Source of the DNA: Owenia fusiformis
Taxonomy: Eukaryota
DNA: 64,000 nucleotides
Reading direction: 5' to 3'
Assembly: GCA_903813345.2 (NCBI GenBank)
Contig: CAIIXF020000001.1
Location: 31,000,001-31,064,000 of the forward strand
Shown piece after piece: positions 1 through 33,269 of the stretch. The notes below the pieces were generated by a model. It ran no database searches and was not told the origin of the DNA. It was given only the letters and a program-made list of their open reading frames with translations. Each line of letters starts with the position of its first letter. Position 1 is the stretch's first letter. The position numbers were made by a program, and so were the translations under genes.

Positions 1-99
1 GCTTGGATTCTTTAGTATATAATTACTAGTACTTCTTTATATATTTTTTAACAGCATTTTATACCGTTATCATGAAATGTGTTTTGATTTTGATTTTAG

Positions 100-19939
<19,840 letters not shown>

Positions 19940-20449
19940 TGAGAGATCAATATCAGATGGACAAAACAATGAACTGATAGACTCTTACTGGATATGATTA
20001 AAATGGACTTTAAGTCTAAAAATGTTTAATGATGCCAGACTATGAGATGAGGAGGGTACTTTATCTGTGCCTTATTAAAGCATATTTAACTTTATGAAAT
20101 CTCCTATGCAAGGTATCACTTATTTTACCTTTCTGTATAGATAAAATGGTGTAGTGCAGTTTAAGCCTTGAAATATGCATTGAAGAAAATATTCTGGATT
20201 ACCATCCTTGTATATTAGCTAATCTTCCCTCTCTACATGTAGTCTCTACATTTTACCTTTTGTCAATACATTTAAAAATATATGTCAGGAATCTGTCTTG
20301 GTTTGGGTTTATATTTATAATTTATGTTTTTCCTTTGAACAAGAAATCATGAAAATATAAATACATGTACTAAGAATAATTTAGTTTAAGTTACATCTTG
20401 TTATATTGCATAAAGTTAAACTTACATGTACACATACATATTTAAGAAA

Positions 20450-21552
20450 TATAGACGAAGAGCAGGGCTACTATTTTCGAATACACCCTGCAGGGCTTGG
20501 CACAAACGTTTTCTGAACCCCGAATGACCGAAGAGAGTCGTACGTCCGTCCGTCAACATTGGCCGCACAAATTAAAACTGCTGTTCAGATTGAGTCATAT
20601 CCACATTCATTTTATGCACATCCATAATGCCTATTTGACCTATTATCGCCATTTCCCAAGTTTGCCCGGTTTCCGAGAAATTGCTGATTTTGACTTTAAA
20701 AAGTCAAATTTTCTGTAAATACTACTACTTTGTTGAAGTAGATCTTTCAAATAACTTGTAGTAGTTGCTATATATGCAACTTATGTCCTCTGAAGATTTC
20801 AAAGCAGTTTTTGGTGTTTACTCTATAAAATTTGACAAAAAGTAGGACGTGTCATTTTCAGGAAACTTTCTCATGTATAAAGTCAATGGCAGGTTTTGTG
20901 ATCGACAAGTTGCTCAAAGTTTACCTTATACTTGATCATTTCTTGCAATAAATTACATCATTACTAGATTAAAGCATTCCGTACATATTGCTCACTATAT
21001 GTCAGCGTCAAATTTTTACAGTTTTTGAGATATTTGACATAAAAAAAACAGTAAAAATAAGTTATTTTTAACTTGCTTCAATTTGACCAAATTTTTTTGG
21101 GAAAATCATCTACAAGTTGTCAGGAGTTCAAATCTGACATTAGTTTTAGGATTTGAACTTTACTTGACCTTCAGTGACCTTCGAAAGGTCAAAAAAGTTG
21201 ATTTTTCAAATTGATTTTTGGATGTAAATTTTGGTCAGCTTAATCACAAAAGACCTTACTGAGCTCTGAATAAGTAAAATTTTCAAGGTCAAAGGTCATC
21301 AAACTAGGTCACACAACTGTGCTATCTAAGTTTCTCAAAGTTTGAGACTACAAATTCAAATTAATATTTTTGTTTGAAAGTCCGGATATACATTTCTCTG
21401 AAGGTTCCACACTGTGTGAGCACAGGACCGTGGGTCCTCCATTGTTGATTTTCATTTCTACTTCCGGTTGAGCTTTTGCACTGAACAAAACACTTAGTAC
21501 AGAGCCAGGGCATTGATCTCGAATATGCCCCGAGTGAAACATTGACCTTGTT
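20450..21552. mobile_element. Probable Helentron-associated non-autonomous element
   Basis: Terminal hairpins (gcagggc...caccctgc; gggcat...atgccc), a cgtccgtccgtc microsatellite near the start, tgacct/aggtca motifs, ends in cttgtt. Confidence 0.45.
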
Positions 21553-22049
21553 CACAGTTTATAGAAGGCGTGAATACAGTCATGTTTGAATAACTTTTAA
21601 CACATATATATGAACTTTTAAATTCACATTATTTTCTTATATTAAATTTCCCAGTGTTTTTATGTTTTCTAAAAAGGTTGAGCTAAATCCCCATTGTATT
21701 AACACAATGTTAAAGAATCTTGCATCCTTATGCATTAAAGTCAGTTTGATGATTTAATTGTTTTTCAATAAAGTTTCATACATCCTTCTTGTGACATTAA
21801 TATCCAATAAAGCCGACAAGATTGTGGCAGTAAATGTATTTTGCAAAGGAATATCAGGTAAGAGTTACTGAATCAAATAAAATATATATTGATAATTATA
21901 TTGCATTGGAATTAGAAATTCCACTAAACAAAGCAACAAAAAGTTCTGAAAATCAGTTTTCAATGATAATCTTTACTCGGTGTGAACACAATTTTCTTTT
22001 AATTTATTGATTATTTGAATTATGGTAACTTTAGAATCCTTTGTGAAGT

Positions 22050-25000
22050 ATGGAGCTGCTGAGAAAATATATTTTGCTGCTTCTGGTGGGGATCCAGGTA
22101 ATCTTGAAAATCTTTTATTTTAGATTATAATGCATGAACAAAAATTTTTGTTGCATAAATCTGTATTGTAGTTCAATAGGATCAATTTTCTAAACATGTA
22201 TTTGTAACCTAAATTATTATGTCAATGTGGAAATGCAATACCATACAATGCATATTAGGCTTACTGAGCAGCCAAGTTTAATAAAATGTTTATTTATTTA
22301 CATGTTAAGGTAGCTTCTGCATGCAAACGTAACAACACATGTCCATTTGGTAAGAAACCTTTTTTAAAAATGTGATACTTTTAATCAAGAAGAAGAATTG
22401 ATTTTGATTAATTGGTTGATTTAAAACACAGGATGAAATCTTATGCTAAGAACAAAAAAAGATACCAAAAACTGTATCTTTTTAATTGGTATTTATTATA
22501 TATATTAAATGAGATCATAAGAAAGTATTCATTTACATAGAATTTTACAACCTAAATGTTTTTGTTCAAATTCCTCTTCAGCCATTTTCACATGTGATGG
22601 AACAAAAATAGTATTTGATTGTGAACTGTCTTCGGAAACCATCAACTATAGTGCCGTACAATTCGCATTTGAATCTGGTTCAGATGACAAGCGGTGTATT
22701 ATACCCAGAGGATCTATACTTCCTCCTGCAAATGATGAATATTACGTCAAAATGGTAGCAACATATGAGGAATCTGATAACATCTGCCAAATAGTGGTAT
22801 TTTTGAATTTATTACAATTAGGCCTATTGTTGATGTTTTTATTATGATATTTAGGGTTGGTTTTGAATGTGTAGGAAAATGTGGTTTACAATTATTTTCC
22901 AGTATTATCATCATAAATTTTAATTGGTATATATAAGGTAACATTTTGAGAATAAATTTTCTTTACATAGATTTTAGGAAATCTTTTTTATTGCACCATT
23001 AGTGAGATATTGCGACCATGGTGATGGCAGGATTGTGGATGTAAATCACTATCTTTAGTGTTATGATAATGATTGTTATCATGGTGGTGTTCCACTTCAC
23101 TATAAAACCAGGAGAATTGCTATTTCTATGAATTTCTTGCAATATTTTGTTAGATGAAGTAAATTTTATTTTTGATATGTCATGATGACAACTGCTAAGT
23201 TGGTTGGTGATCTAATTAAAGATGTGCCTTGTTTAAATTTTGTAAACTTTTTATTGGTAGGTTGATGCAGGCGTAAATGTTGTAACACTGACATCACCAA
23301 ATGCAACTATTCGATTCCGATCACCAGCTTGTGATCCAAATCAACAACCCATGTCATTCCTGGCATTAGCCGATGACCCCTTACCGTAAGTATAAATATG
23401 CAGTATATTACTCATTAAATGTATAATATCCTCAACAGACCTTCGTGATTTCTGGGGGATGGGACATTTGGATTAGGGTAATGATATGATTTGTATTATA
23501 TGTCATGACTTCTGAGGTTCCATGTTTTTTAAGATGTATAGGTGTAAGAATTAATATATGTGCTGCATATGTAGTAAAGTATTTATAGGCTTCAGCTAGT
23601 TCAAATATGATTAGAATAATGATATGACATTTATACCATTTGGTTTTGTTTTTGTTTTGAATTAGTTGTTTGTGTGACGAGAATAATGGGCTCTGTGTAC
23701 GAGATGAAGTGGGATTGAGGGTGGATTGTAGATGTTCCAAAGGCTTTATTGGAGCAAGATGTGAGCTGCCTTATTCTGACTATAGTAAGACTTCATCTAA
23801 TATGAAAAACACCTTTAAGTGTACCATGTAAGAGTAAGCATGGGCTTTCAATTAGGATTCAATTTTATTGAGCATCACAGAAAAAAAGATTTTAAAGAAA
23901 ATACAGACTACTTTGTAGATTTTAAGCAGGTTGAAATAATTGAATCAATGTTGGTATTACAAAAAATCAAAATTGATAATGCTTCCAGGATTGCCATGTA
24001 GATCTCCTGCAGTGAACCCTTCAGGATTCATTATATGGTGTGGTGGGGACCGGTATCAACGATGCCCAGATGACACAATATGTACTTTGATAGATGGTCA
24101 AGACTATGGTGTATGTTGTCCAAAACCTCAAGGTGATATTTGAATTTTGTGTGCAATTTTGAGCTAAACATATGTGGTAACCAACTGTACATCTAGGTGT
24201 CACAGTTGAACATTCATTTATCATATGTACATTCTAGGTGTCACAGTTGAACATTCATTTATCATATGTACATTCTAGGTGTCACAGTTGAACATTCATT
24301 TATCATATGTACATTCTAGGTGTCACAGTTGAACATTCATTTATCATATGTACATTCTAGGTGTCACAGTTGGACATTCATTTATCATATGTACATCTAG
24401 TTGTTATCATTGAACATTCACTGGCACATGTACATCTAGGTGTCACAGTTGAACATTCATTTATCATATGTACATCTAGGTGTTATCATTGAACATTCAC
24501 TGGCACATGTACATCTAGGTGTCACAGTTGAACATTCATTTATCATATGTACATATAGTTGTTATCATTGAACATTCACTGGCAAAATCTAGGTGTAACA
24601 GTTGAACATTCATTTATCATATGTACATCTAGGTGTTATCATTGAACATTCACTGGCACATGTACATCTAGGTGTAACAGTTGAACATTCATTTATCATA
24701 TGTACATCTAGATGTTATCAGTGAACATTCACTGGTACATGTACATCTAGGTGTAACAGTTGAACATTCATTTATCATATGTACATCTAGGTGTTATCAT
24801 TGAACATTCACTGGCACATGTACATCTAGGTGTAACAGTTGAACATTCATTTATCATATGTACATCTAGATGTTATCAGTGAACATTCACTGGTACATGT
24901 ACATCTAGGTGTAACAGTTGAACATTCATTTATCATATGTACATCTATGTGTTATCATTTAACATTCACTGGCACATGTACATCTAGGTGTTATCATTGA

Positions 25001-28000
25001 ACATTCACTGGCACATGTACATCTAGATGTCAGAGTTTAACATTCATTTATCATATAAACATCTGATTGTTATCATTGAACATGCACTGGCACATGTACA
25101 TCTAGGTGTTATCATTGAACATTCATTTATCATATGTACATCTAGGTGTTATCATTGAACATTCATTGGCACATGTACATCTAGGTGTCAGAGTTTAACA
25201 TTCATTTATCATATAAACATCTGATTGTTATCATTGAACATGCACTGGCACATGTACATCTAGGTGTTATCATTGAACATTCATTTATCATATGTACATC
25301 TAGGTGTTATCATTGAACATTCACTGGCACATGTACATCTAGGTGTCACAGTTGAACATTCACTTATTACATGTACTTCTAGGTGTTATCATTGAACATT
25401 CACTGGCACATGTATATCTAGGTGTCACAGTTTAACATTCTTTTATCATATGTACATATAGTTGTTATCATTGAACATTCACTGGCACATGTACATTTAG
25501 GTGTAACAGTTGAACATTCATTTATCATATGTACATATAGTTGTTATCATTGAACATTCACTGGCACATGTACATCTAGGTGTAACAGTTGAACATTCAT
25601 TTATCATATGTACATATAGTTGTTATCATTGAACATTCACTGGCACATGTACATCTAGGTATCACAATTGAGCATTCATTTATCATTCATATAAACATCT
25701 AATTGTTATCATTGAACATTCACTGGCACATGTACATCTAGGTGTCAGAGTTTAACATTCATTTATCATATAAACATCTAATTGTTATCATTGAATATTC
25801 ACTGGCACATGTGCATCTAGGTGTCACAGTTGAACATTCATTCATCATATAAACATCTAATTGTTATCATTGAATATTCACTGGCACATGTGCATCTAGG
25901 TGTCACAGTTGAACATTCATTTATCATATGTACATATAGTTGTTATCATTGAACATTCACTGGCACATGTGCATCTAGGTGTCACAGTTGAACATTCATT
26001 TATCATATGTACATATTAGGTGTAACAGTTGAACATTCATTTATCATATGTACATATAGTTGTTATCATTGAACATTCACTGGCACATGTACATTTAGGT
26101 GTAACAGTTGAACATTAATTTATATATAAACATCTAATTGTTATCATTGAACATTCACTGGCACATGTACATCTAGGTGTAACAGTTGAACATTCATTTA
26201 TCATATGTACATATAGTTGTTATCATTGAACATTCACTGGCACATGTACATCTAGGTGTCACAGTTGAACATTCATTAATCATATGTACATATAGTTGTT
26301 ATCATTGAACATTCACTGGCACATGTACATCTAGGTGTAACAGTTGAACATTCATTTATCATATGTACATATAGTTGTCATCATTGAACATTCACTGGCA
26401 CATGTACATCTAGGTATCACAATTGAGCATTCATTTATCATATAAACATCTAATTGTTATCATTGAACATTCACTGGCACATGTACATCTAGGTGTTATC
26501 ATTGAACATTCATTGGCACATGTACATTTAGGTATCACAGTTGAACATTCATTTATCACCTGTACATCTTGGTGTCATCATGATAACAAATACAAAAAAC
26601 ATTCAGTTAAAACATGTACAGCTATATGACACAGTTGAACATACAATTAGCAACTGTACATACAGGTGTCATCATTGAACAACAATTTCTCAATTTTACA
26701 GGGCCTATTCAATGAATATTAATAAAAATTGCTCTCATTTCCATATTCATAATGGAATCAAGTTGAAATTTTTGTGGATTGAAGATTCATACTGGCCAAA
26801 CATAATTATTTTACTTCTGGTACTTTCAATATCTGTAATTTTCTATATAAAGGAATGAGGTTTCCTTGATCATCATTTTTGAATTTAAATATCACTGAAA
26901 ATGAAAGATTTTAGTTCAAAACATGGAAATGAGCATATTCGTATCAGTATTTATTGAATGGCCCTCAATTGTATTGGATTGTCAAACCTGCTTCAAATTC
27001 ACTTGCAGTCAAACAAGCGTGCTGCACTGGCGGTGGTGATACCCATTACACCACATTTGATGGTCACAACTCCATTGACTACCAAGGCAACTGCACATAC
27101 ACCATCGCTAAACCTTGTTGTCTTTGTGCTGAAGATGTCGACCTTCAAGATTTTGAGGTCAAGGTCAAACAAATTACCCTCTATGGAATGATTTCTATTG
27201 CTTATGTTGGGAAAGTTATTGTCTTGCTGTGGGATTACAAAGTTGTACTTGAACCAAACCAATTCACGGTAAACACATTTTTAAATTGTTTCATCTAACA
27301 TTTTATATGATGTGTAATCACCCCAGCAACTACAAAATGTCTTTCAAGATAAAGAAAGAATGTGTATTTTGAATTAACAAACTCTTTTCCTGGTTTAAAA
27401 TAAGTTTAAGATATATCAAACAACATCTATGGTCCTTCATCAGTTTTGTTTGAATAAAAAGCTGAATGATTATATGATATTCAAAAATATATTTATCTTA
27501 TAATGAAAAGGTGAATGGAGCTGTTTACTCATCCCCCCTTGCCCCAGGAGGACTGACATTCTTTGGTCCATCTGGTCAATCCATGACCATCACTGAATAT
27601 TGGGGCAGTGGTTTCTTGCTGACTGCATCATTTGGACTAAAAGTGTACTATGACCAGTATTATGTCAAAGTAAGTTTTTGCAATTAATGAAACTTAATTG
27701 TGAGTTCATTTAAATTAGATAATGTAAAGTATATTGTCAGTGCTGTACGCGTATACGGGGTACGCGTGCATGTTATACCTAATGGCGATATTTGAATGGC
27801 TAGATATTGTAATTTTAGAGTGGAGATCATGATATGTTTTATTGAAATATATTTATATTAACCCGAGATAATGGGGTTGATTTAAGTTTTACTTACTCCA
27901 GTCTCCAGAAACTGGCACAATGTCTTTCAGTATATTGAAGTTATCCAGTGCTGTAGTGAGTGAATCACACACCCACATCCTCCTAACTGAACAAGAAATA

Positions 28001-31000
28001 AACAAACAAATACAGAAACATGACAACACTGGTTTAAATTAGGTTTTCTTTATGCTATTCAAATTGCCTACTGACTTTTGTTATGTATAATTTTATTTGT
28101 AATTTAAATAGGTGCAAGTCCCAGGTGACTATTTTGGTTTGATGTGCGGTATATGTGGTAACTTTGATGGTGACTCAAGTAATGACCTTGTCACATCAGA
28201 TGGGATGGATGTGTCTTCTTACCAAGATGGGTTTATCTACAGTGTTGCTGATACACTAGTGGGGAACAGCTGGCATTGTTTTGATGCAGATGACTCCCTG
28301 TAAGAAGTGTTTGTTATTATTTACATTAAAGAAATGTTAATGCTTTACATTGCGAATGGTCTCTTATAATGAATAAGATTAATGGAGAGTATGTCAGACT
28401 AAATGTATTTGGCAATTGTAAGTATTATATGAAACTATTCTAAAGAGTACACATGTAGTTGAAAATTGAAAAATTATTGATGATGAATAATAAAATTAGT
28501 AGCTATCCTATAACCTTTCAATGTTTATGGAAGAATTTTGCTTTAATTTGAATTTGTTTTTTAAAAGTTTTAAAATACAGTCATTGTGTACTTATTAGGT
28601 GTGTAGACCCAGATCCAGATGCTGTGTTACCAGATTTTAAGGATGGACGACGTGCAAGATTGCGAGGGAAAAAGAAGAAGCGACAGGCTGATAATTGTAT
28701 TCATTTCTGTGAGGGTGCGTTTGCTGATTTTGAAACAACATATCCGGAGTATGTTCTGCAATACCGTGATATGTGTAACAATGATGCATGTGTTTATGAA
28801 CACAACCAACAGGTATGATCTACTTAACTATTGAGAACATTCTGGTATGGATCACATCAGGGGATGTCTAGAGATCAATATTAAAAGGCAACTGCTAGTA
28901 AAAGATAGGTTTCAAGATGCCAAAATTCTTCAAATTCAGGAGCTAACCAAGTGCCAGTGCCAGAGACAGTGATGGAAATTCCTTCACAGTTCTTCAACTA
29001 GGACAAATTTGAGACTTAAAGCGTACACATAATATTTTCACGAAATTGATTCTAAACAACTTATTCAAGATCCCACTTACCTCAATTGAACACAGGATCA
29101 GAGTAAAATATAATATAGTATATGTTTTATAATACTTCCAAGGTGAAAGGACAGTTATATGTGTCACACTGATTCTTCTATAAAATGTAATACAGTATAT
29201 GTTTTATAATACTTCCAGGGTGAAAGGAATGCTGTACGCGTCACACAGAATCTTCTTTAAAATATAATAAAGTATATGTTTTATAATACTTCCAGGGTGA
29301 AAGGACAGTTGTATGTGTCACACTGATTCTTCTGTAAAATGTAATACAGTATATGTTTTATAATACTTCCAGGGTGAAAGGAATGCTGTACGCGTCACAC
29401 AGAATCTTCTTTAAAATATAATAAAGTATATGTTTTATAATACTTCCAGGGTGAAATGAATGCTGTATGTGTCACACTGAATCTTCTGTAAAATGCAATA
29501 CAGTTAATGTTTTATAATACTTCCAGGGTGAAATGAATGCTGTATGTGTCACACTGAATCTTCTGTAAAATGTAATACAGCTAATGTTTTATAATACTTC
29601 CAGGGTGAAATGAATGCTGTATGCGTCACACTGAATCTTCTGTAAAATGTAATACAGTTAATGTTTTATAATACTTCCAGGGTGAAATGAATGCTGTATG
29701 CGTCACACTGAATCTTCTGTAAAATGCAATACAGTATATGTTTTACAATACTTCCAGGATGAAAGGAATGCTGTATGCGTCACACTGAATCTTCTGTAAA
29801 ATGTAATACAGTATATGTTTTATAATACTTCCAGGGTGAAAGGAATGCTGTATGTGTCACACTGAATCTTCTGTAAAATGTAATACAGTATATGTTTTAC
29901 AATACTTCCAGGGTGAAAGGAATGCTGTATGCGTCATACTGAATCTTCTGTAAAATGTAAATGCAGTATATGTTTTATAATACTTCCAGGGTGAAAGGAA
30001 TGCTGTATGCGTCACACTGAATCTTCTATAAAATGTAATTGCAGTATATGTTTTATAATACTTCTAGGGTGAAAGGAATGCTGTATGCGTCACACTGAAT
30101 CTTCTTTAAAATGTAATTGCAGTATATGTTTTATAATACTTCCAGAGTGAAAAGAATGCTGTATGCGTCACACTGAATCTTCTGTAAAATGTCATACAGT
30201 GTATGTTTTACAATACTTCCAGGGTGAAAGGAATGCTGTATGTGCCACACTGAATCTTCTGTAAAATGTCATACAGTGTATGTTTTACAATACTTCCAGG
30301 GTGAAAGGAATGCTGTATGTGCCACACTGAATCTTCTGTAAAATGTAATTGCAGTATATGTTTTATAATACTTCCAGGGTGAAAGGAATGCTGTATGTGC
30401 CACACTGAATCTTCTGTAAAATGTAATTGCAGTATATGTTTTACAATACTTCCAGGGTGAAAGGAATGCTGTATGTGTCACACTGAATCTTCTGTAAAAT
30501 GTAATACAGTATATGTTTTACAATACTTCCAAGGTGAAAGGAATGCTGTATGTGTCAGACTGAATCTTCTGTAAAATGTAATACAGTATATGTTTCACAA
30601 TACTTCCAGGGTGAAAGGAATGCTGTATGTGTCACACTGAATCTTCTGTAAAATGTAATACAGTATATGCTTTACAATACTCCCAGGGTGAAATGAATGC
30701 TGTATGTGTCACACTGAATCTTCTGTAAAATGTAATACAGTATATGTTTCACAATACTTCCAGGGTGAAAGGAATGCTGTATGTGTCACACTGAATCTTC
30801 TGTAAAATGTAATACAGTATATGTTTTACAATACTTCAAGGGTGAAAGGAATGCTGTATGTGTCACACTGAATCTTCTGTAAAATGTAATACAGTATATG
30901 TTTTACAATACTTCCAGGGTGAAAGGAATGCTGTTTGTGTCACACTGTATCTTCTGTAAAATGTAATACAGTTAATGTTTTATAATACTTCCAGGGTGAA

Positions 31001-32707
31001 AGGAATGCTGTATGTGTCACACTGAATATTTTGTAAAATGTAATACAGTATATGTTTCATAATACTTCCAGGGTGGAATGAATGCTGTATGTGTCACACT
31101 GAATCTTCTGTAAAATGTAATACAGCTAATGTTTTACAATACTTCCAAGGTGAAAGGAATGCTGTATGTGTCATACTGAATCTTCTGTAAAATGTAATAC
31201 AGTATATGTTTTACAATACTTCCAAGGTGAAAGGAATGCTTTATGTGTCACACTGAATCTTCTGTAAAATGTAATACAGTATATGTTTTACAATATTTCC
31301 AGGGTGAAATGAATGCTGTATGCGTCACACTGAATCTTTTGTAAAATGTAATACAGTTAATGTTTTACAATACTTCCAAGGTGAAAGGAATGCTGTATGT
31401 GTCACACTGAATCTTCTGTAAAATGTTATACAGTATATGTTTTATAATACTTCCAGGGTGAAATGAATGCTGTACGCGTCACACTGAATCTTTTGTAAAA
31501 TGTAATACAGTTAATGTTTTATAATACTTCCAGGGTGAAAGGAATGCTGTATTTGTCACACTGTATCTTCTGTAAAATGTAATACAGTTAATGTTTTATA
31601 ATACTTCCAGGGTGAAATGAATGCTGTACGCGTCACACTGAATCTTCGGTAAAATGTAATACAGTTAATGTTTTATAATACTTCCAGGGTGAAATGAATG
31701 CTGTACGCGTCACACTGAATCTTTTGTAAAATGTAATACAGTTAATGTTTTATAATACATTCAGGGTGAAAGGAATGCTGTATTTGTCACACCGTATCTT
31801 CTGTAAAATGTAATACAGTTAATGTTTTATAATACTTCCAGGGTGAAATGAATGCTGTACGCGTCACACTGAATCTTTTGTAAAATGTAATACAGTTAAT
31901 GTTTTATAATACTTCCAGGGTGAAATGAATGCTGTACGCGTCACACTGAATCTTTTGTAAAATGTAATACAGTTAATGTTTTATAATACTTCCAGGGTGA
32001 AATGAATGCTGTACGCGCCACACTGAATCTTCTGTAAAATGCAATACAGTTAATGTTTTATAATACTTCCAGGGTGAAATGAATGCTGTATGTGTCACAC
32101 TGAATCTTTTGTAAAATGTAATACAGTATATATTTTATAATACTTCCAGGGTGAAAGGAATGCTGTACGCGTCACACTGAATCTTCTGTAAAATGCAGGG
32201 GCGAATCTGGGAACCAACAAGGGGGGGGCCCAAAAATTTGGCCTGAATTTAAAAAATAAGGCCTTAAAAGGCCCAGTAATGACCAAAAAGGCCGACTTTT
32301 TGGGGCCTTAAGGCCTTTTTTGGCCCAAAATTTTTTTTGGGCCCAAATTTTTTTTTCTGGGCCCCCCCCTAATCCGCCAGTGAAATATAATACAGTTAAT
32401 GTTTTACAATACTTCCAAGGTGAAAGGAATGCTGTATGCGCCACACTGAATCTTCTGTAAAATGTGAAACAGTTAATGTTTTTGATACTTCCAGGGTGAA
32501 AGGAATGCTGTGTGTGCCACACTGAATCTTCTGTACTGGGATTCTGAGGATGAGACCAGGAAGTTCAAGGGACAGGTTTTTAGAAGAATGAAAAATCTTG
32601 GCTGTGATAGATTCATTCTGAGGAGATGGACTGAAGCTGTCAAGGAGGCAACAGCTGCTCCTGTTGATGAGTTGCCAATTGATGAGTTGCCATTTATTGA
32701 ACCATAG
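22050..32707 (+). CDS. Secreted Cys-rich protein: signal peptide, possible ZP-N-like region, EGF, lustrin-type Cys repeat, VWD, C8-like domain; possibly decaying
   Basis: Exons 22050-22097 (MELLRKYILLLLVGIQ), 22310-22349, 22582-22796, 22978-about 23040 (3' end uncertain), 23261-23385, 23666-23784 (EGF: CLCDENNGLC...CRCSKGFIGARCE), 23989-24132 (C..P....C.....CP....C.......GVCCP), 27009-27268 (CTGGGDTHYTTFDG..IDYQGNCTY), 27511-27669, 28112-28299 (MCGICGNFDGDSSND), 28599-28812 (CNNDACV) and 32495-32707 (VCATLNLLY...LGC, TAG). A probable non-coding exon donor lies at 21857. Confidence 0.8.
24187..26690. repeat. About 2.5-kb intronic minisatellite of 39-41-bp monomers with A/B dimeric higher-order structure
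   Basis: Monomer A acatctaggtgtcacagttgaacattcatttatcatatgt; monomer B acatctaggtgttatcattgaacattcactggcacatgt. A-only at the 5' end, then mostly alternating AB. Confidence 0.97.
29104..32535 (+). repeat. 77-bp tandem array (about 42 copies) made of the 3' splice site plus first 39 nt of the terminal exon of the VWD/C8 gene
   Basis: Unit taaaatgtaatacagtatatgttttataatacttccag|ggtgaaaggaatgctgtatgtgtcacactgaatcttctg; the last copy (AG at 32493-94) runs on into unique coding sequence ending at TAG 32707. Confidence 0.95.
32196..32382. mobile_element. 187-bp MITE inserted in the 77-bp array
   Basis: Termini caggggcgaat / atccgccagtg; interrupts one repeat unit with a near-perfect 5-bp duplication (aaatg/aaata); related ends occur at about 51842 and 60726. 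Confidence 0.8.
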
Positions 32708-33269
32708 ACATCCTTGACAAAGGACATTCAGCACTTTTTATTTTCCAGTATTGAACTTTATTTAAAGGTAAAATCTTCTCTTGCATAAACAGTACATTTT
32801 CATGGACACGAAGTCACCATTTTGCAAAAATAGACTCATTTTCAAAATTATGAATTTGACTTTGGATTTTAATTTTACTGAAGACACAATGTGTGAATTA
32901 TTATAATTTGCATGTTTGTATAAAAAAACTAAATTAATTAATTAATTAGCCTATCCCTCGTGATCTTTTTTTGATGGATAGTATCTTTATCAGATTGGTT
33001 AATGGCTAATTTCATCAATGCTTTTTTACATTTTATTATTTTCCTTTCTAAAATGTTCTTTTAGAAATAGTGCATCAATACTTTTCAACAGCTACATGTA
33101 CCTGTCTCAATGATATAAAGTATAGACATGGAAAGAGCTAATTTGAGTAGAAAAAAGGATTGTTGAAGTAACTGAAATCACATATCATTCATCATTGTTC
33201 AAGTGAATGTCTGAGAAATCACTCTTAAAAATCGTTTTATAAAGCAGGGGGAGTGAAGGGGAGTGTAAA

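Noticed and set aside
23056..23058. Programmed stop-codon readthrough or recoding
   Set aside because: A single TAG with no supporting recoding signal; a nonsense allele or use of the upstream donor is simpler.
29104..32535. CRISPR-like regular repeat arrays (also 13757-14978 and 24187-26690)
   Set aside because: Units are head-to-tail with no unique spacers, there are no cas genes, and the context is spliceosomal eukaryotic genes.
30208..32734. Minus-strand ORFs in the 77-bp array, and ORF 26423-26629
   Set aside because: By-products of repeat periodicity with no independent coding signal.
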